64,000 bases of DNA, from assembly GCA_963747465.1 (NCBI GenBank), contig CAVVFC010000004.1, positions 1,799-65,798 on the forward strand, written 5' to 3'. Within the stretch, counting starts at the first letter, position 1, and the number at the start of each line of letters is the position of its first letter. Below are positions 9,614-19,634 of this stretch, piece by piece. The position numbers and the translations under genes are program-made. The notes under the pieces are model-generated. The model ran no database searches and had not been told where the DNA came from. It saw nothing but the letters and a program-made list of their open reading frames with translations. This stretch comes from an uncultured Alphaproteobacteria bacterium (GTDB taxonomy: Bacteria > Pseudomonadota > Alphaproteobacteria > Rhizobiales > Rhizobiaceae).

Positions 9614-11040
9614 CCGACCTCGATCTCTGCTACATGCCCGCCTCGCAGGCGCTCGACCTGTTCCGCCGCAAGAAGCTGTCGCCGGTGGAACTCATGCAAG
9701 CGGTGATCGAGAGGGCCGAGGCTACGCAGGAGGCGATCAACGCCTTCACCTACCGCCATTTCGACGAAGCGATGGAACGTGCCCGGAAGGCGGAAGCCAA
9801 GTACGCCCGCGGCGCCCGCACCGGCGCCCTGGAAGGCCTCCCGGTAGCGGTGAAGGACGAGAGCTACATCGAGGGCAAGCCGACCTCGGGCGGCTCGCTG
9901 ATCCTCAAGGACACAATCGCGCCGACCACCTCGCCGGCGAACGAGCGCCTCATGAAGGCGGGCGGCATCGTGCATGCCCGCACCGCCACCCCGGAGTTTT
10001 CCTGCGCCGCCTACACGTGGTCGCGCGCCTGGGGCATCACCCGCAATCCGTGGAACAGGGAGTTCACGCCGGGCGGCTCGTCGGGCGGATCGGCCGCCTC
10101 ACTCGCGGCCGGTACGTCGACGCTTGCCACGGGGTCCGACATCGGCGGCTCGATCCGCATTCCGGCGTCGTGCTGCGGCGTCGTCGGCTTCAAGCCGCCA
10201 TATGGGCGCAACCCGGGGGAGGCGCCCTTCAATCTCGACTTCTACTGCCACGAGGGGCCGCTGGCGCGCACCGTCGCTGACGCGATCCTGTTCCAGAACG
10301 TCATGGCGGGGCCGCATCCGCAGGACATCGCCTCGCTTCGACCGAAGCTGCGCCTGCCGACGGAGTACAAGCCGATCAAGGGCTGGAAGATCGCATATTC
10401 CATCGATCTCGGCCTGTTCGAGGTGGACGAGGAGGTGCGGCGAAACACGCTGGCCGCGCTCGACGTGTTCCGCTCGCTGGGCGCCACCGTGGAGGAGGTC
10501 GATCTCGGCTGGCCGGCGGATACGCTCGATGCCGGAATGGCCTATCTGGAACACCTGTTCGGCGCCTTCATCTCCACGCTCCTGACGCAGCACGGGAACG
10601 AGATGACCACCTATGCGCGCGAGTTCGCGCAGAAGGGCGCGAGTTCGAAGGCGACCGACTTCGTCCACAGTCTGGAGGTGGCCGGCGCCATGTACGCGAC
10701 GCTCGGCCCGCTCCTGGAGAAGTACGACGTGTTCATCTGCCCGACGAACGCGCTGCCGGCGGCGCCTGCCGGTCACGACCAGTCGAAGGACGAGATCCGT
10801 ATAAACGGCAAGCCGGTCAATCCGTCGCTGGGCTGGGTGATGACCACGCCGTTCAACACGCTGAGCCGCTGCCCGGTGCTGTCTGTCCCCTCCGGAAACG
10901 CGTCCAACGGCGTGCCGACCGGTATCCAGATCGTTGGGCGGACCTACAGCGACGCAGACGTGTTCCGCGCCGGGATGGCCTACGAAACGGCGCGGGGAGA
11001 ATGGTATGCCGATGCAGGGCACCGGCCCAAGCTGAGCTGA
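9610..11040 (+). CDS. Amidase-signature family amidase
   Basis: LEGLPVAVKD, TRNPWN..TPGGSSGGSAA, GSDIGGSIRIPA (Lys-Ser-Ser triad); ATG overlaps the previous stop. Confidence 0.93.
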   Translation: MTDLDLCYMPASQALDLFRRKKLSPVELMQAVIERAEATQEAINAFTYRHFDEAMERARKAEAKYARGARTGALEGLPVAVKDESYIEGKPTSGGSLILKDTIAPTTSPANERLMKAGGIVHARTATPEFSCAAYTWSRAWGITRNPWNREFTPGGSSGGSAASLAAGTSTLATGSDIGGSIRIPASCCGVVGFKPPYGRNPGEAPFNLDFYCHEGPLARTVADAILFQNVMAGPHPQDIASLRPKLRLPTEYKPIKGWKIAYSIDLGLFEVDEEVRRNTLAALDVFRSLGATVEEVDLGWPADTLDAGMAYLEHLFGAFISTLLTQHGNEMTTYAREFAQKGASSKATDFVHSLEVAGAMYATLGPLLEKYDVFICPTNALPAAPAGHDQSKDEIRINGKPVNPSLGWVMTTPFNTLSRCPVLSVPSGNASNGVPTGIQIVGRTYSDADVFRAGMAYETARGEWYADAGHRPKLS

Positions 11041-11125
11041 ACCGGGATACCGGACCAGAGGCGCGGCAGGTCAACGTCCGGGTGAATGTTGCCGAGGCAG
11101 GGCGGTGGGCACGGCGGGAAAATCC

Positions 11126-11623
11126 ATGGCGGCGATCGGTGGTTGCGTCCTCATCGGGATCGCTGCCGCTTTCGCCTATTTCCAACTTTCGCGGGAAGAG
11201 ACGGTCGCGCTGCTCGCCTGGGACGACGCCACGGTGGTGGCTCGGGGCCGTGTACTCTACGCGGCGCAATGCGCAGGCTGTCACGGCCAGAAGGGTGAGG
11301 GGCAGGTCGCAGTCGCGGGCTCCGTGCCGGCGGGGCCGCTGGCACCGCCGCATGACGGCAGCGGCCACACGTCGCAGCACCCGGACTTCGCCCTCGTCCA
11401 GCTGACGAAGCAAGGCGTTTCCGACGTCACCTGTCAGACGCTGGACGAGAACGGCATGCCGCAGTTCCAGGAGGTTCTCAGCGACCGCGAGATCCTGGAC
11501 ATCCTTGCCTACGTCAAATCGCGATGGCCGGCCGCGATCAGGGCCGAGCACGACAAGGTCAACCGGCTCTACAGCGACTACAACGCGGCCATGAAGAAAC
11601 TGCTCAAGCTGCCTCGGACGTGA
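11126..11623 (+). CDS. Mono-haem c-type cytochrome (periplasmic or membrane-anchored)
   Basis: N-terminal hydrophobic segment, CAGCH haem motif, APPHDGSGHT and MPQF (axial Met), ILAYVKSRW. Confidence 0.85.
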   Translation: MAAIGGCVLIGIAAAFAYFQLSREETVALLAWDDATVVARGRVLYAAQCAGCHGQKGEGQVAVAGSVPAGPLAPPHDGSGHTSQHPDFALVQLTKQGVSDVTCQTLDENGMPQFQEVLSDREILDILAYVKSRWPAAIRAEHDKVNRLYSDYNAAMKKLLKLPRT

Positions 11624-11645
11624 GGCTGGCGGTCGGCCGAACGGT

Positions 11646-12944
11646 TCAGGCGGCGATCTTTCCGCGGACCTTCGCTCCGGGCGGGATCGTCGGCGGGGCC
11701 TTGATCAGTGCCTCGATGGCGAAGCCGGCTGCGGCCTTGTAGCCGGCCATGAATTCCGCGCGTTCGGCCGGCGGGATGACGTCGTCGATGTCGTCGAATT
11801 CGCCGCCACAGCGCTCGTCGACCATGTTGAGGAGACCAAAGGGCCCCGCGCCACGGTTGCGCAGGACGATCTGCGATACCGGGCCGCAGAAGCTTTGGTC
11901 GTAGGCGGCGATCGCTTCCCGCGTCAGTCCGTGTTCGAGGAACGCGGCGCCCAGGTGACGGCCGTCCATGACCGCCTGGCTCGCCCCGTTCGAGCCGGTC
12001 GGGTACATGGGATGGGCGGCGTCACCCAGAAGAACGACGCCGCCGTCCTGCCAGGTCGGGACAGGGTCTCGGTCGATCATCGGGTTCTCATAGGCCATCT
12101 CTGCGCCGCGCAGCAGCGCCGGCACGTCGAGCCAGTCCCACGTCCATCCCTGGAAGTGGTGAATGAAGTCGTCGATCGCGACGGGCTTGAACCAGCCGCT
12201 GTTCTTCCAGCCCTGCGAACCGTCGACCGTCACCTCGGCGATCCAGTTGATGGTGGCGAGGCCGGTGGCCGGGTCGAGCGGCGAGATCGGATAGAAGACG
12301 AGGCGGTGCCGATGAGTGCCGAGGCCGACGAAGGAGGCGCCCGAGCGGATCGGTACGCCGGGGCTGGTGCCGCGCCACATGATCGCGCCACCCCAGTGGA
12401 TCGGCGGCTGATCGGGGTGCATCTGAGCACGGACGGCGGAGTGGAGGCCGTCGGCGCCGATCAGGAGCGCGCCCGTTTCGTCGACGGTTCCACCCGATGC
12501 CGTCTCGACGGTCGCGGTAACGGTGCGGTCGGCGTTGTTGCGATAGCCGGAGACGCGATGTGCGAGCCGCACGGCGTCAGGCCCGAGGCGCTCCACGACC
12601 TTCCGGTAGAGGAGCATCTGCAGTTCCCCGCGATGCACGGCATATTGCGGCCAGTCGTAGCCGGCCAGCAGCCCGCGCGGTTCGGAGTAGATGTCGTTGC
12701 CGTTCAGGCCGACGAGGGCCCACTCCCTGGCCGGAAGGCCGATTGCGTCGAGGTCTTCCGCCGTGATTCCCAGATCGTGGAATTCGCGTACGGCGTTCGG
12801 CTGCAGGTTGATGCCGACGCCGAGCGGCCGAAGCTCCCTGACCGACTCGAACACGACGCAGCGGACGCCAATCTGGTGGAGCGTCAGCGCCATGGCGAGG
12901 CCGCCGATACCGCCGCCGGCGATCAGGACTGGAGCTTCGGACAT
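11646..12944 (-). CDS. FAD-dependent monooxygenase/oxidoreductase (salicylate-hydroxylase-like, FAD_binding_3)
   Basis: GGGIGG, IGADGLHSAVR and LLGDAAHPMYP fingerprints. Confidence 0.9.
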   Translation of the reverse strand: MSEAPVLIAGGGIGGLAMALTLHQIGVRCVVFESVRELRPLGVGINLQPNAVREFHDLGITAEDLDAIGLPAREWALVGLNGNDIYSEPRGLLAGYDWPQYAVHRGELQMLLYRKVVERLGPDAVRLAHRVSGYRNNADRTVTATVETASGGTVDETGALLIGADGLHSAVRAQMHPDQPPIHWGGAIMWRGTSPGVPIRSGASFVGLGTHRHRLVFYPISPLDPATGLATINWIAEVTVDGSQGWKNSGWFKPVAIDDFIHHFQGWTWDWLDVPALLRGAEMAYENPMIDRDPVPTWQDGGVVLLGDAAHPMYPTGSNGASQAVMDGRHLGAAFLEHGLTREAIAAYDQSFCGPVSQIVLRNRGAGPFGLLNMVDERCGGEFDDIDDVIPPAERAEFMAGYKAAAGFAIEALIKAPPTIPPGAKVRGKIAA

Positions 12945-13053
12945 GATACTGGTTCCTCCCGACTGACACCGGTCTTAGCAGACGGAACCGATTGATCAAT
13001 GGAGCGGCGCGCGCGGTCGCGGCAGTGTTCCCCCGCCCGCAGGCATGAAGAAC

Positions 13054-14745
13054 CTAGCGGAAGCCGGTGACGCGGATCACCTCGGCCGGAGAGGTCAGGC
13101 CGGCGCGCGCCTTGTCCGCCGCATCCTGGGACATCGTCGTCATGCCCGCCGCGATGGCCGCGGACTCGATCTCCAGATTGTCGGCGCCGGCGGAAGCCAG
13201 CCGGCTCAGTTCGTCCGACATGGTGAGAACCTCGAACACGGCGATACGGCCGCGGTATCCGGCGCCAGCGCAGCGCGAGCAGCCGACGGCATGGTGCACG
13301 CCATCACCTGCCCTGAATCCCACGGTCCCGAAGCGCGGCTCCGCCGCGACCTCCTCCGCCGTGATAGTGGCGGGCCGCTTGCAGTGGTCACACAGCCTGC
13401 GCACCAGTCGTTGGGAAATCACGCCGCGGACGGCGCCTACCAGGAGGAAGACCTCGACGCCGAGGTCGCGCAGTCGCGTGAAGGCGGCCGTCGCCGTGTT
13501 GGCGTGGACGGTGGTGAGCACGAGGTGGCCGGTCAGCGCGGCCTGGATCGCGACCCTCGCGGTGTCGCGGTCGCGAATCTCGCCGACGAGGATCACGTCC
13601 GGATCCTGTCGCACGAAGGAGCGAATCGCCGCCTCGAATGTCACGCCGATCGCGGGCTGGATCTGGGCCTGCACGATGCCGGGGATCTGGTATTCGACCG
13701 GGTCCTCGATGGTGACGATCTTGCGGCCGGGGTCGTTGAGCTTGGAAAGCGCGGCGGCGAGCGTCGTGGTCTTCCCGCTACCCGTCGGTCCGGCGACGGC
13801 GATCATGCCGTGCGTGTGGTCCAGCAGCCGCTCCAGAGCATGGCGGTCGCGCTGGCCGAGACCGACGCTGGTCAAATCGAGCAGGGCACTCTCGCGCTGC
13901 AGGATACGCAGCGCGACGGTTTCGCCGTGGATGGAGGCCAAGGTGGCGACGCGAAACTCGATGTCGCGCTCGCCCACCCGTATGCGCATGCCGCCGTCCT
14001 GGGGCTTGCGCCGTTCGGCGATGTCGAGACCGGCCAGCACCTTGATGCGCGACACGAGCGCCTCGGCCATCTCCTGGGGCGGCGAAGGCATGATCCGCAG
14101 GACGCCGTCGATGCGGAAGCGCAGGATCAGCCGACCCCGCATCGGTTCAAGGTGGATGTCGGTGGCGCGCAGGTCGAGCGCGCGGCGGAAGATGTCGTCG
14201 ACCGCGACCACGACCGGCGCGCCGCTCGCCAGGTCGCGCAAATCCGCGATCGAATCGTCGGAGGCAGCGATTTCCGACGCCGCCGCCGAGCCGGCTTCGC
14301 TGCCCGTCAGCCTGAGAAGCCCCGATTCGAGGTCGGGCGCCGACATGACCCAGAGTTCGGCGGGTTCTCCGAACGCGGCCTGTAGCGCCTCGATGGGCTC
14401 ATGGTCGCCGGGAAAGAGGACGCCAAACCGGAGGCGCCCCTGCGGGTCCTTGTGCGGAAGCAGCCAGTTGTCGATCAGGAAGCGGTGGGAGAGGTTCTGA
14501 ACGGTGGGCTCGATCGACGAGAGTTCGTCCCTCTCCGAAAGCGGCAATCCATAAAAAGCGGAGAAGAATGCGGCCAATTTGTCGGCATCGACGAGCTGAC
14601 CCTCGATCAGCCGGTAGATATCCGCCGTCCGCGGATCCTCCAAATCGCCGTAGAGGTCGTCCAGTTCCGCACGCCCGATCATGCCCGATTCCGCCAAGGC
14701 GTCGAGAACCGTCTGAGCCTTAATCTCAGGATCTCTAATATTCAT
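13054..14745 (-). CDS. gspE: Type II secretion ATPase GspE/PulE
   Basis: ATDIHLEP, LDIAERRKPQDG, GPTGSGKTTT, TIEDPVE, RQDPDVILVGEIRD, TGHLVLTTVHAN and a tetra-Cys motif. Start may extend to 14778. Confidence 0.95.
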   Translation of the reverse strand: MNIRDPEIKAQTVLDALAESGMIGRAELDDLYGDLEDPRTADIYRLIEGQLVDADKLAAFFSAFYGLPLSERDELSSIEPTVQNLSHRFLIDNWLLPHKDPQGRLRFGVLFPGDHEPIEALQAAFGEPAELWVMSAPDLESGLLRLTGSEAGSAAASEIAASDDSIADLRDLASGAPVVVAVDDIFRRALDLRATDIHLEPMRGRLILRFRIDGVLRIMPSPPQEMAEALVSRIKVLAGLDIAERRKPQDGGMRIRVGERDIEFRVATLASIHGETVALRILQRESALLDLTSVGLGQRDRHALERLLDHTHGMIAVAGPTGSGKTTTLAAALSKLNDPGRKIVTIEDPVEYQIPGIVQAQIQPAIGVTFEAAIRSFVRQDPDVILVGEIRDRDTARVAIQAALTGHLVLTTVHANTATAAFTRLRDLGVEVFLLVGAVRGVISQRLVRRLCDHCKRPATITAEEVAAEPRFGTVGFRAGDGVHHAVGCSRCAGAGYRGRIAVFEVLTMSDELSRLASAGADNLEIESAAIAAGMTTMSQDAADKARAGLTSPAEVIRVTGFR

Positions 14746-15163
14746 GATCGGTCTCGCCTCGGCATTTCGCGGAAACAAACGCGGAGCGTGGCTTTACTTC
14801 CGCGTCTGTGGTACTCGGGCAACTCTATTCCGCTCCGGGCCCGGCCGAGAACAGAAAACACGCGCCGGCGGTTGTCAAGGCAATCCGACACCGGTAGTTT
14901 CTCTTGGGGCCGTCAAGATTGTTGGGGGTATTTGTCGGTGAGTATTTCCAGGTCGGGGAGCCGCGCTTCTGCTGCGACCTCCGCAATAGCCTGGGGAATG
15001 GCCCTCCTCCTCGCGGTCTCGGTGACCGCTTGTACGACGGGACCCCTTCTCGAGGACGCAGCGGCGGACGCTTCGGGCCGTGCCGACCCGCTGAACCGTG
15101 TTACCGGCGCGGACCTGAGCGCCCGTTCGTCGAAGGGCGGGGGTTTCCTTTCCGGGTTCCTGA

Positions 15164-16097
15164 GAGGCCAACCGAAAATTATGTTGAATGATTTCAGCAG
15201 CTTGTGATTCTCTGCGGTTTGCGAAGACTACGGAGAATCGGATGGCTTGGACTGAAATCACTCGCGGACACTATGACCGGAGACGCTTGCGCTATTCAAG
15301 CGATTGCACCGACGAGGAATGGGCATTGATCGCGCCCTTCATGCCTGCGCCCAGTCGGGTAGGTAGACCGCGCAAGTGGATGATGCGCGAGGTGTGGGAC
15401 GCGATCCAGTATATTGCGACGGCAGGCTGCCAGTGGGCGATGCTGCCAAAAGACTTCCCTCCCTTCACCACGGTCCAACACTATTTCTATCGGCTGCGTG
15501 ACAGCGGCATGCTCGACATCATCAACGAAACGCTGGTCATGGCCGCGCGCCTTCTGGGCGGCCGGTCCGCGGAGCCGACAGCGGGCGTGATCGACAGTCA
15601 AAGCGTGAAAACCACCGAGAGCGGCGGGCCCTGCGGCTATGACGCGGGCAAGAAGATCAAGGGCCGCAAGCGCCATATCCTAACCGATACGCAAGGCAAC
15701 ATTCTGGGCGCGATCACGCACACGGCCAACATTCAGGACAGGGATGGCGCGCCGAACGTCGTAGCCGACACGAAACAGAGCTTCCCGACGCTCGTTCACC
15801 TGTTTGCTGATGGCGGCTACGCCGGGGACAAACTGGAGTCCGCCGTGCAGGTCATGGACGGGCCGACGTTCGAAATCGTCAAGCGACCCGATGGCGCAAA
15901 GGGCTTCGTTGTCATCGCGCGGAGATGGGTTGTCGAGCGCACCTTCGCCTGGCTCGGCCGCTGCCGACGCCTCGCCAAAGACTGGGAAGCAACAATCGCG
16001 TCTTCAGAGGCATGGCTCCTCATCGCATCCATCCGCCGCACAACCAGATTCATCGCTAGAGCCGGAAGCCAATGAGAATTAGTTTCGAGTCCGACTC
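15164..16097 (+). mobile_element. IS5-family insertion sequence (IS1031-like group), 934 bp, 3-bp TGA target duplication
   Basis: TGA direct repeats at 15161-15163 and 16098-16100; imperfect terminal IRs GAGGCCAACCGAAAATT / revcomp GAGTCGGACTCGAAACT; single transposase ORF. Confidence 0.9.
15242..16075 (+). CDS. IS5 family DDE transposase
   Basis: YSSDCTDEEWALI, GCQWAMLPKDFPP, VIDSQSVKT, GYDAGKKIKGRKRH, ADGGY and RWVVERTFAWL motifs. Confidence 0.95.
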   Translation: MAWTEITRGHYDRRRLRYSSDCTDEEWALIAPFMPAPSRVGRPRKWMMREVWDAIQYIATAGCQWAMLPKDFPPFTTVQHYFYRLRDSGMLDIINETLVMAARLLGGRSAEPTAGVIDSQSVKTTESGGPCGYDAGKKIKGRKRHILTDTQGNILGAITHTANIQDRDGAPNVVADTKQSFPTLVHLFADGGYAGDKLESAVQVMDGPTFEIVKRPDGAKGFVVIARRWVVERTFAWLGRCRRLAKDWEATIASSEAWLLIASIRRTTRFIARAGSQ

Positions 16098-18099
16098 TGA
16101 GGCGCGGGGACGACCGCCGTCAGGGCAGGATCTACTACGGCTCCGAGAGTGGCCTGACGACCAGCGAACGCCGCGCCATCGAGCAGCTCGGAGACGAGCA
16201 GTTCGAGCTCAGCCTTGAAGAAGCCGCGGTGGACGTGGCCGCGCGCACCGTTCTGGGCGAGATGCTCGGCATCACCTATACGATCGACGCCCGGGCAACC
16301 GGAACCGTCTCGATCGTGACGTCGAAGCCGCTGCCCGCCGCTGAAGTCCTGACGATGTTCGAATCGGCTTTGCGCAGCAACGGCGTGGCGATGGTTCGCG
16401 AAAACGACAGGCTGAGGCTGATGCCGGCCTCCGAGGCGCTCGGAATCGCCGAGTTGGACAAGGGTCTTCAGATCAAGCCCGGATACGGAGTGACGGCCTA
16501 TCCGCTGCAGCACGTGTCGGCCGGAAACATCATGCCTCTGCTGGAGAACTTCGTAGCGCGGCAAGGCATGGTTCGCGTCGATCCCGACAGCAACGCTTTG
16601 CTCGTCCAGGGAACGGCGGCCGAGAGGCTCGCCACGATCGAGGCGATCCGGTCCTTCGACCAGGACTGGCTGGCGGACCAATCGGTCGGCATCTTCCCGG
16701 TCCGCAACGCCAATGCGGCCAGCATGATGCCCGAACTGAACCGCGTGCTGGATATCGGCGAAGGCGGCCGCGGCAGCAACACCATACGGATCCAGCCGAT
16801 AGAGCGGAACAACTCGCTTCTGGTGGTGGCGCGGTCGCGTCAGTTGCTCGCGCGGGCTGCCAGCTGGATCGAACGTCTCGATTCGCTCGATGCCTCGGCG
16901 TCGAACCTGCAAGTCTACCGCGTCCAGTATCTCGAGGCGACGCGGCTGGCGGCAATGGTCAACCAGATATTCAACGGCGGATCCGATACCAAAGAGGATC
17001 CGTCGGTCCAGTTTCCGCCGGATTCGAAATCGATCGAATCGGGGGGCGGTGGCGGGGGCGCCGGTGGAGCCAGCCCTTCCACCCCCTCACAGCGCATGGC
17101 CGACAGCCTGCCGGGCCAAGACGCTTCGCCCATCACGGACGGCGGCGACAGTGGCGGGAGCAGCGGCGCCTCGCTCGGTCAGGGTGTTCGCATTACCGCC
17201 AATCCGGAAAACAACTCGCTCCTGATCTTCGCCCGCCCCGATCAGCAGCGGATCATAGAGCAGGCGATCCACGCTCTGGATCGCCCTGCATCACAGGTCG
17301 CGATCGAGGCGACGATCGCGGAAGTGACGTTGAGCAACGACCTGCGCTACGGAGTACAGTTCTTCCTCCAGTCCGGGAACGACGGCTCCATCGGGCTCTT
17401 CCGGGATGTCGCGAAAGAGGCGATCTCCCGGGTCCTGCCCGGCTTCAACCTGCTGCTGGGACCCGAGTCGGACCCGCATGTCGTCATCGACGCGCTTCGC
17501 GGGGTCACCGAAGTCAAGGTCCTGTCCTCGCCTTCGGTGGTCGTGCTCGACAACAAGCCAGCCGTTCTTCAGGTCGGCGACGAAATCCCGATCGTGACGC
17601 GTACGGCGCAATCGGTGACCGACCCGGAAGCGCCGATCGTCAACAACGTCGAATTCCGCGAGACGGGCGTCATCTTGAAGGTTCTGCCTCGCATCACCGC
17701 AAACGGAACGATCAACCTCACGATCGAGCAGGAGATTTCCTCGGTCGCGCGGGGCACCGCTCAATCGCTCACGCCGACCATTTCGCAGCGCAAGATCCAG
17801 TCCACGGTCTCGGTCACCAGCGGCCAGACGGTCCTGCTCGGCGGCCTTATTTCCGAACAGCAGCAGCGCGGGCGGGACGGCGTTCCGATCCTCGGCGACC
17901 TGCCGATCGTCGGTGAGGCGTTCCGGTCGAACCAGAACAATGCCACGCGAACGGAACTGATCATCCTGATCCGTCCCCAGGTCATCCAGGATAGCCTGGA
18001 TGCCCAGAGGGTGGCAGAGCAGATGCGCTCCCAACTGCACCTCATGCAGGAGCCGAGCCGGAACGTGCCGCTGCCGCGGCCGGTCAAGACCCTGATCGA

Positions 18100-18660
18100 A
18101 TGAGCCGCCGCGCTGTGCGCCGCCGAGGCGCGCTGGCAGGCGCGGCCGTCCTTGCCGGGGCGGTTCTGCCTGCGTTGGCGAGAGAGCCATGGTGGGTGAT
18201 CGCCGCCGGCGCGCTCCTTTGCCTTGTGGCTGCCGCGATTGCGATCGAAGATTTGGCTCGCATGATCATTCCGGATGGATACACGATCGTGATCGCGTGC
18301 ACCGCTCTTCTCCTGCGCTGGGAACATTCCGGCGATTTCTGGCAGGTGACCAGATCGCTCGCGGAAGGGCTCGCAGTTGGTTTTGGTCTGTTGGCGATAT
18401 CCCTTGCCTACGAACATCTGCGCGGGCGGTCGGGAATCGGCTTCGGCGACGTGAAGCTTCTCGCCGCCTCGGCAATGCTCGTTGGCGCGTGGGGAACCGG
18501 CTTGCAGTTGCTTCTCGCATCGGTCGCCGCGGCCCTGTTCGTGATGATACGGTCGTGGCGCCGAAAGCGGCCCCTTCGAGCGGCCATGCGGGTGCCCTAC
18601 GGTGCCTTCCTGGCGCCTTCGGCCGTGATCGTGTGGGCATGGTTTCCGTTCAATGTCTGA
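18100..18660 (+). CDS. gspO: Prepilin peptidase, A24 family (GspO-like, short form)
   Basis: IEDLARMIIPD and GIGFGDVKLLAA aspartate motifs, VPYGAFLA; multi-TM. Confidence 0.88.
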   Translation: MSRRAVRRRGALAGAAVLAGAVLPALAREPWWVIAAGALLCLVAAAIAIEDLARMIIPDGYTIVIACTALLLRWEHSGDFWQVTRSLAEGLAVGFGLLAISLAYEHLRGRSGIGFGDVKLLAASAMLVGAWGTGLQLLLASVAAALFVMIRSWRRKRPLRAAMRVPYGAFLAPSAVIVWAWFPFNV

Positions 18661-19597
18661 ACACTCCGAGCACAAAACCAGCCGAGCGAAAGCCGTTCGA
18701 TCCCGTGCCGAACCCCAGCGCGGCGCCATTCTCGTCGGCGTGCTGTGGGTCATGGTCTTCATAGCATTCCTGGCCGTCGTGCTCAGGCTGCACATGACCA
18801 GCGTCGTCACCAACGTGCGGGTGACGGAAGACAAGGCGGCGGCGCGCCTGCTCGCCGATTCCGGCCTTGCCTATGCGGCGGCGCTGGTGCGCGCCGGCGG
18901 CGCGGACGGTTCCGGCCGGCTGACCGAAACCCTGACCGGAGTACTTGAAACGAGTTCGGGAACCGTTTCCGTGACGCTCGACAACGAGGTCATGCGGATC
19001 GATCTGAACACGGCGGTGCGTCCGCTTCTCGTCGGCATGTTCGAAGTCGCCGGCGCCCGCGACAGCGATGCGGGCAAGTTGGCCGACGAAATCATAAAAC
19101 GTCGCGGGGGCGAGAGCGGACCTCCCCGGGAAGGAGAAACGCCAGCTCCACCGGGTCCCCCCGGCACGCCAGGTCCGCCCGGACAGGGCCGGGCGGCGTT
19201 CCGGTCGGTCGACGAACTGGCACTCCTGCCCAACATGGAAGAGGATGTCGCCGTCGAAGTGGCGCGCTATGCGACGGTCTCCTCCGGACTGCCGGGCATG
19301 CGGGTGACATCCGCCGCCATCGAATTGCTGGAGGACATTCCCGGCCTGCCGCGATCGGCGGTGGATGCGATCAAGAAGTATCGGGCAGGCAAGCTGGACG
19401 GCACCGAACTGAACCAGTACCTCGCCGGGATCGATTATCATACCAACGAGCTCACGCAGAGCTGGCGCGCCACGCTTCGGGTCGAACTGCCGTCTGGCCA
19501 CGCCGAAACCTACGAAGCGATAATCGTGGTCTCGACGGAGGACGAGGAAGCCTTCCGCGTTCTCGACTGGCGGCGCGTCACGGATGAAGTAGAATGA
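18653..19597 (+). CDS. gspK: Type II secretion minor pseudopilin GspK
   Basis: QRG|AILVGVLWV class III signal without E5, RIDLNTA, FRSVDELALLP; context in the gsp cluster. Confidence 0.85.
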   Translation: MSEHSEHKTSRAKAVRSRAEPQRGAILVGVLWVMVFIAFLAVVLRLHMTSVVTNVRVTEDKAAARLLADSGLAYAAALVRAGGADGSGRLTETLTGVLETSSGTVSVTLDNEVMRIDLNTAVRPLLVGMFEVAGARDSDAGKLADEIIKRRGGESGPPREGETPAPPGPPGTPGPPGQGRAAFRSVDELALLPNMEEDVAVEVARYATVSSGLPGMRVTSAAIELLEDIPGLPRSAVDAIKKYRAGKLDGTELNQYLAGIDYHTNELTQSWRATLRVELPSGHAETYEAIIVVSTEDEEAFRVLDWRRVTDEVE

Positions 19598-19634
19598 AGG
19601 GTATGCCACATATGAAGGAGGCAGCAGCGCTCGG

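Larger units (their letters stand above)
14938..18103 (+). pseudogene. gspD: Type II secretion secretin GspD (lipoprotein type), interrupted by an IS5-family element
   Basis: The 5' part (14938-15163) encodes a signal peptide plus lipobox VTA-C. The 3' part (16101-18103) has N-domains and secretin motifs (LDRPASQVAIEATIAEV, VLSSPS..LDNKPA.LQVG, ELIILIRP). The halves join in frame once the IS and one TGA are removed. Confidence 0.9.
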
